This document shows positions 42,122 through 42,706 of a DNA stretch of 42,706 nucleotides, in pieces. The position numbers were made by a program, and so were the translations under genes. How positions within the stretch are numbered: the stretch's first letter is position 1; every line of letters begins with the position of its first letter. The notes under the pieces were generated by a model. That model was not told the DNA's origin, did not search any database, and saw only the letters and a program-made list of their open reading frames with translations. This DNA comes from Gammaproteobacteria bacterium. Its GTDB lineage: Bacteria; Pseudomonadota; Gammaproteobacteria; Pseudomonadales; Pseudohongiellaceae. Location: NCBI GenBank assembly GCA_016762975.1, contig JAESUV010000002.1, positions 1 to 42,706 on the forward strand. The letters are read 5' to 3'.

Positions 42122-42706
42122 CTATGCAACCAGTGGCTCCTCCAAATCATTAGAGAATGGGTCTATTGTATCGAGTAAATCTTCCAGATTTATGGATGCT
42201 TCTTGACTGTCGAAGGTATAATGCCCAGCCAGCTGTATATGGCGCCACGCGACTGGGGATAGATTGGCTATCATATCGACGACTTTCTGATTGTTGAGTT
42301 TGTCGAATTTATCAATCAATCCAGATAGTAATGCTGAATTATAGAAAATGATGCAGTTCGCGATCAGTCTGGCACAGTCATTCCATTGTTCAACCTGATA
42401 GTCATTGCCTCCCCGAAATTGATTTCCATTGATTGAAGCGATGGTTCTTCGAAGTTGATGATAAGCCTCACCTCTGTTGAGCGCTTGTTGTACGAAATGT
42501 CTCAGCGTTTTATTGTCGATATACTCGAGTAGGTATTGGCACTTTATCAGGCGGTCGTACTCGTGTAGCGCAGCTAATGTTCGGCTGTTCTTCTTATTGT
42601 TTGATAACTTTTTGATGATAGTACTTTGAGTAGTCGTTTTGCGACTGAGGGAACAGAGGATCCGCTGAATTTGTTCCCATTCCCGTTCAATGAGGCGGAG
42701 ATTTAT
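42122..42706 (-). CDS. tnpA: Tn3-family transposase, C-terminal 194 codons (5' part lies beyond the window edge)
   Basis: The minus-strand frame is open from base 42706. It reads INLRLIEREWEQIQRILCSLSRKTTTQSTIIKKLSNN...LEYIDNKTLRHFVQQALNRGEAYHQLRRTIASINGNQFRGGNDYQVEQWNDCARLIANCIIFYNSALLS...LSPVAWRHIQLAGHYTF. This is the DDE_Tnp_Tn3 C-terminal pattern (NRGEAYHxLRR, LSPxxWxHIxxxGxYxF). The ORF track shows only the last 65 aa. Confidence 0.85.
   Translation of the reverse strand: MNLRLIEREWEQIQRILCSLSRKTTTQSTIIKKLSNNKKNSRTLAALHEYDRLIKCQYLLEYIDNKTLRHFVQQALNRGEAYHQLRRTIASINGNQFRGGNDYQVEQWNDCARLIANCIIFYNSALLSGLIDKFDKLNNQKVVDMIANLSPVAWRHIQLAGHYTFDSQEASINLEDLLDTIDPFSNDLEEPLVA

Larger units (their letters stand above)
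31439..42706 (+). mobile_element. Tn7-like transposon inserted at attTn7 (right end to window edge; left end not in window)
   Basis: The TGTGGG terminus begins 23 bp after the glmS stop. It is followed by TnsB-type repeats and tnsABCDE reading away from glmS, then AT-rich cargo. No inverted CCCACA end with matching repeats was found before base 42706. Confidence 0.85.

Overview
This is an origin-proximal chromosome segment of a gammaproteobacterium, moderately AT-rich by eye. The gene order resembles Pseudomonas or Oceanospirillales, but I cannot name the genus from sequence alone. The core genes, left to right, are gyrB (partial), recF, dnaN and dnaA on the minus strand. An AT-rich spacer with DnaA boxes follows and is the likely oriC. 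On the plus strand come rpmH, rnpA, yidD, yidC, mnmE, a lipoprotein, mnmG, a hexapeptide acetyltransferase, rsmG, parA, parB and the full atpIBEFHAGDC operon. After these lie the O2-independent ubiquinone locus (ubiT divergent from ubiU-ubiV), a trmB-like regulator with a DHH/DHHA1 phosphoesterase, and glmU-glmS. A Tn7-like transposon begins exactly 23 bp after the glmS stop codon. Its end is TGTGGG followed by three 20-bp phased TnsB-type repeats, and it carries a complete, translationally coupled tnsABCDE set (31538-39205). The visible cargo (39206 to the window edge) is more AT-rich. It is a pile-up of decayed mobile DNA: two non-identical IS66-family transposase remnants in opposite orientation, an IS200-type tnpA with one in-frame TAA, and the C-terminal part of a Tn3-family transposase running off the window. 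The IS200-type gene is preceded by two hairpins and a 14-bp x 4.3 tandem repeat. The only intact non-transposition gene in the cargo is an orphan ORF of about 181 aa with a nucleotidyltransferase-like GS...DIDI signature. The left end of the transposon and most of its cargo are not in the window. Other notable signals are two perfect palindromic parS sites inside recF, seven perfect DnaA boxes confined to 5.3-14.1 kb, and an FNR-like box in the ubiT/ubiU divergent promoter. I see no tRNA, rRNA or CRISPR. All family calls rest on motifs and synteny recognised by eye; no database search was possible.
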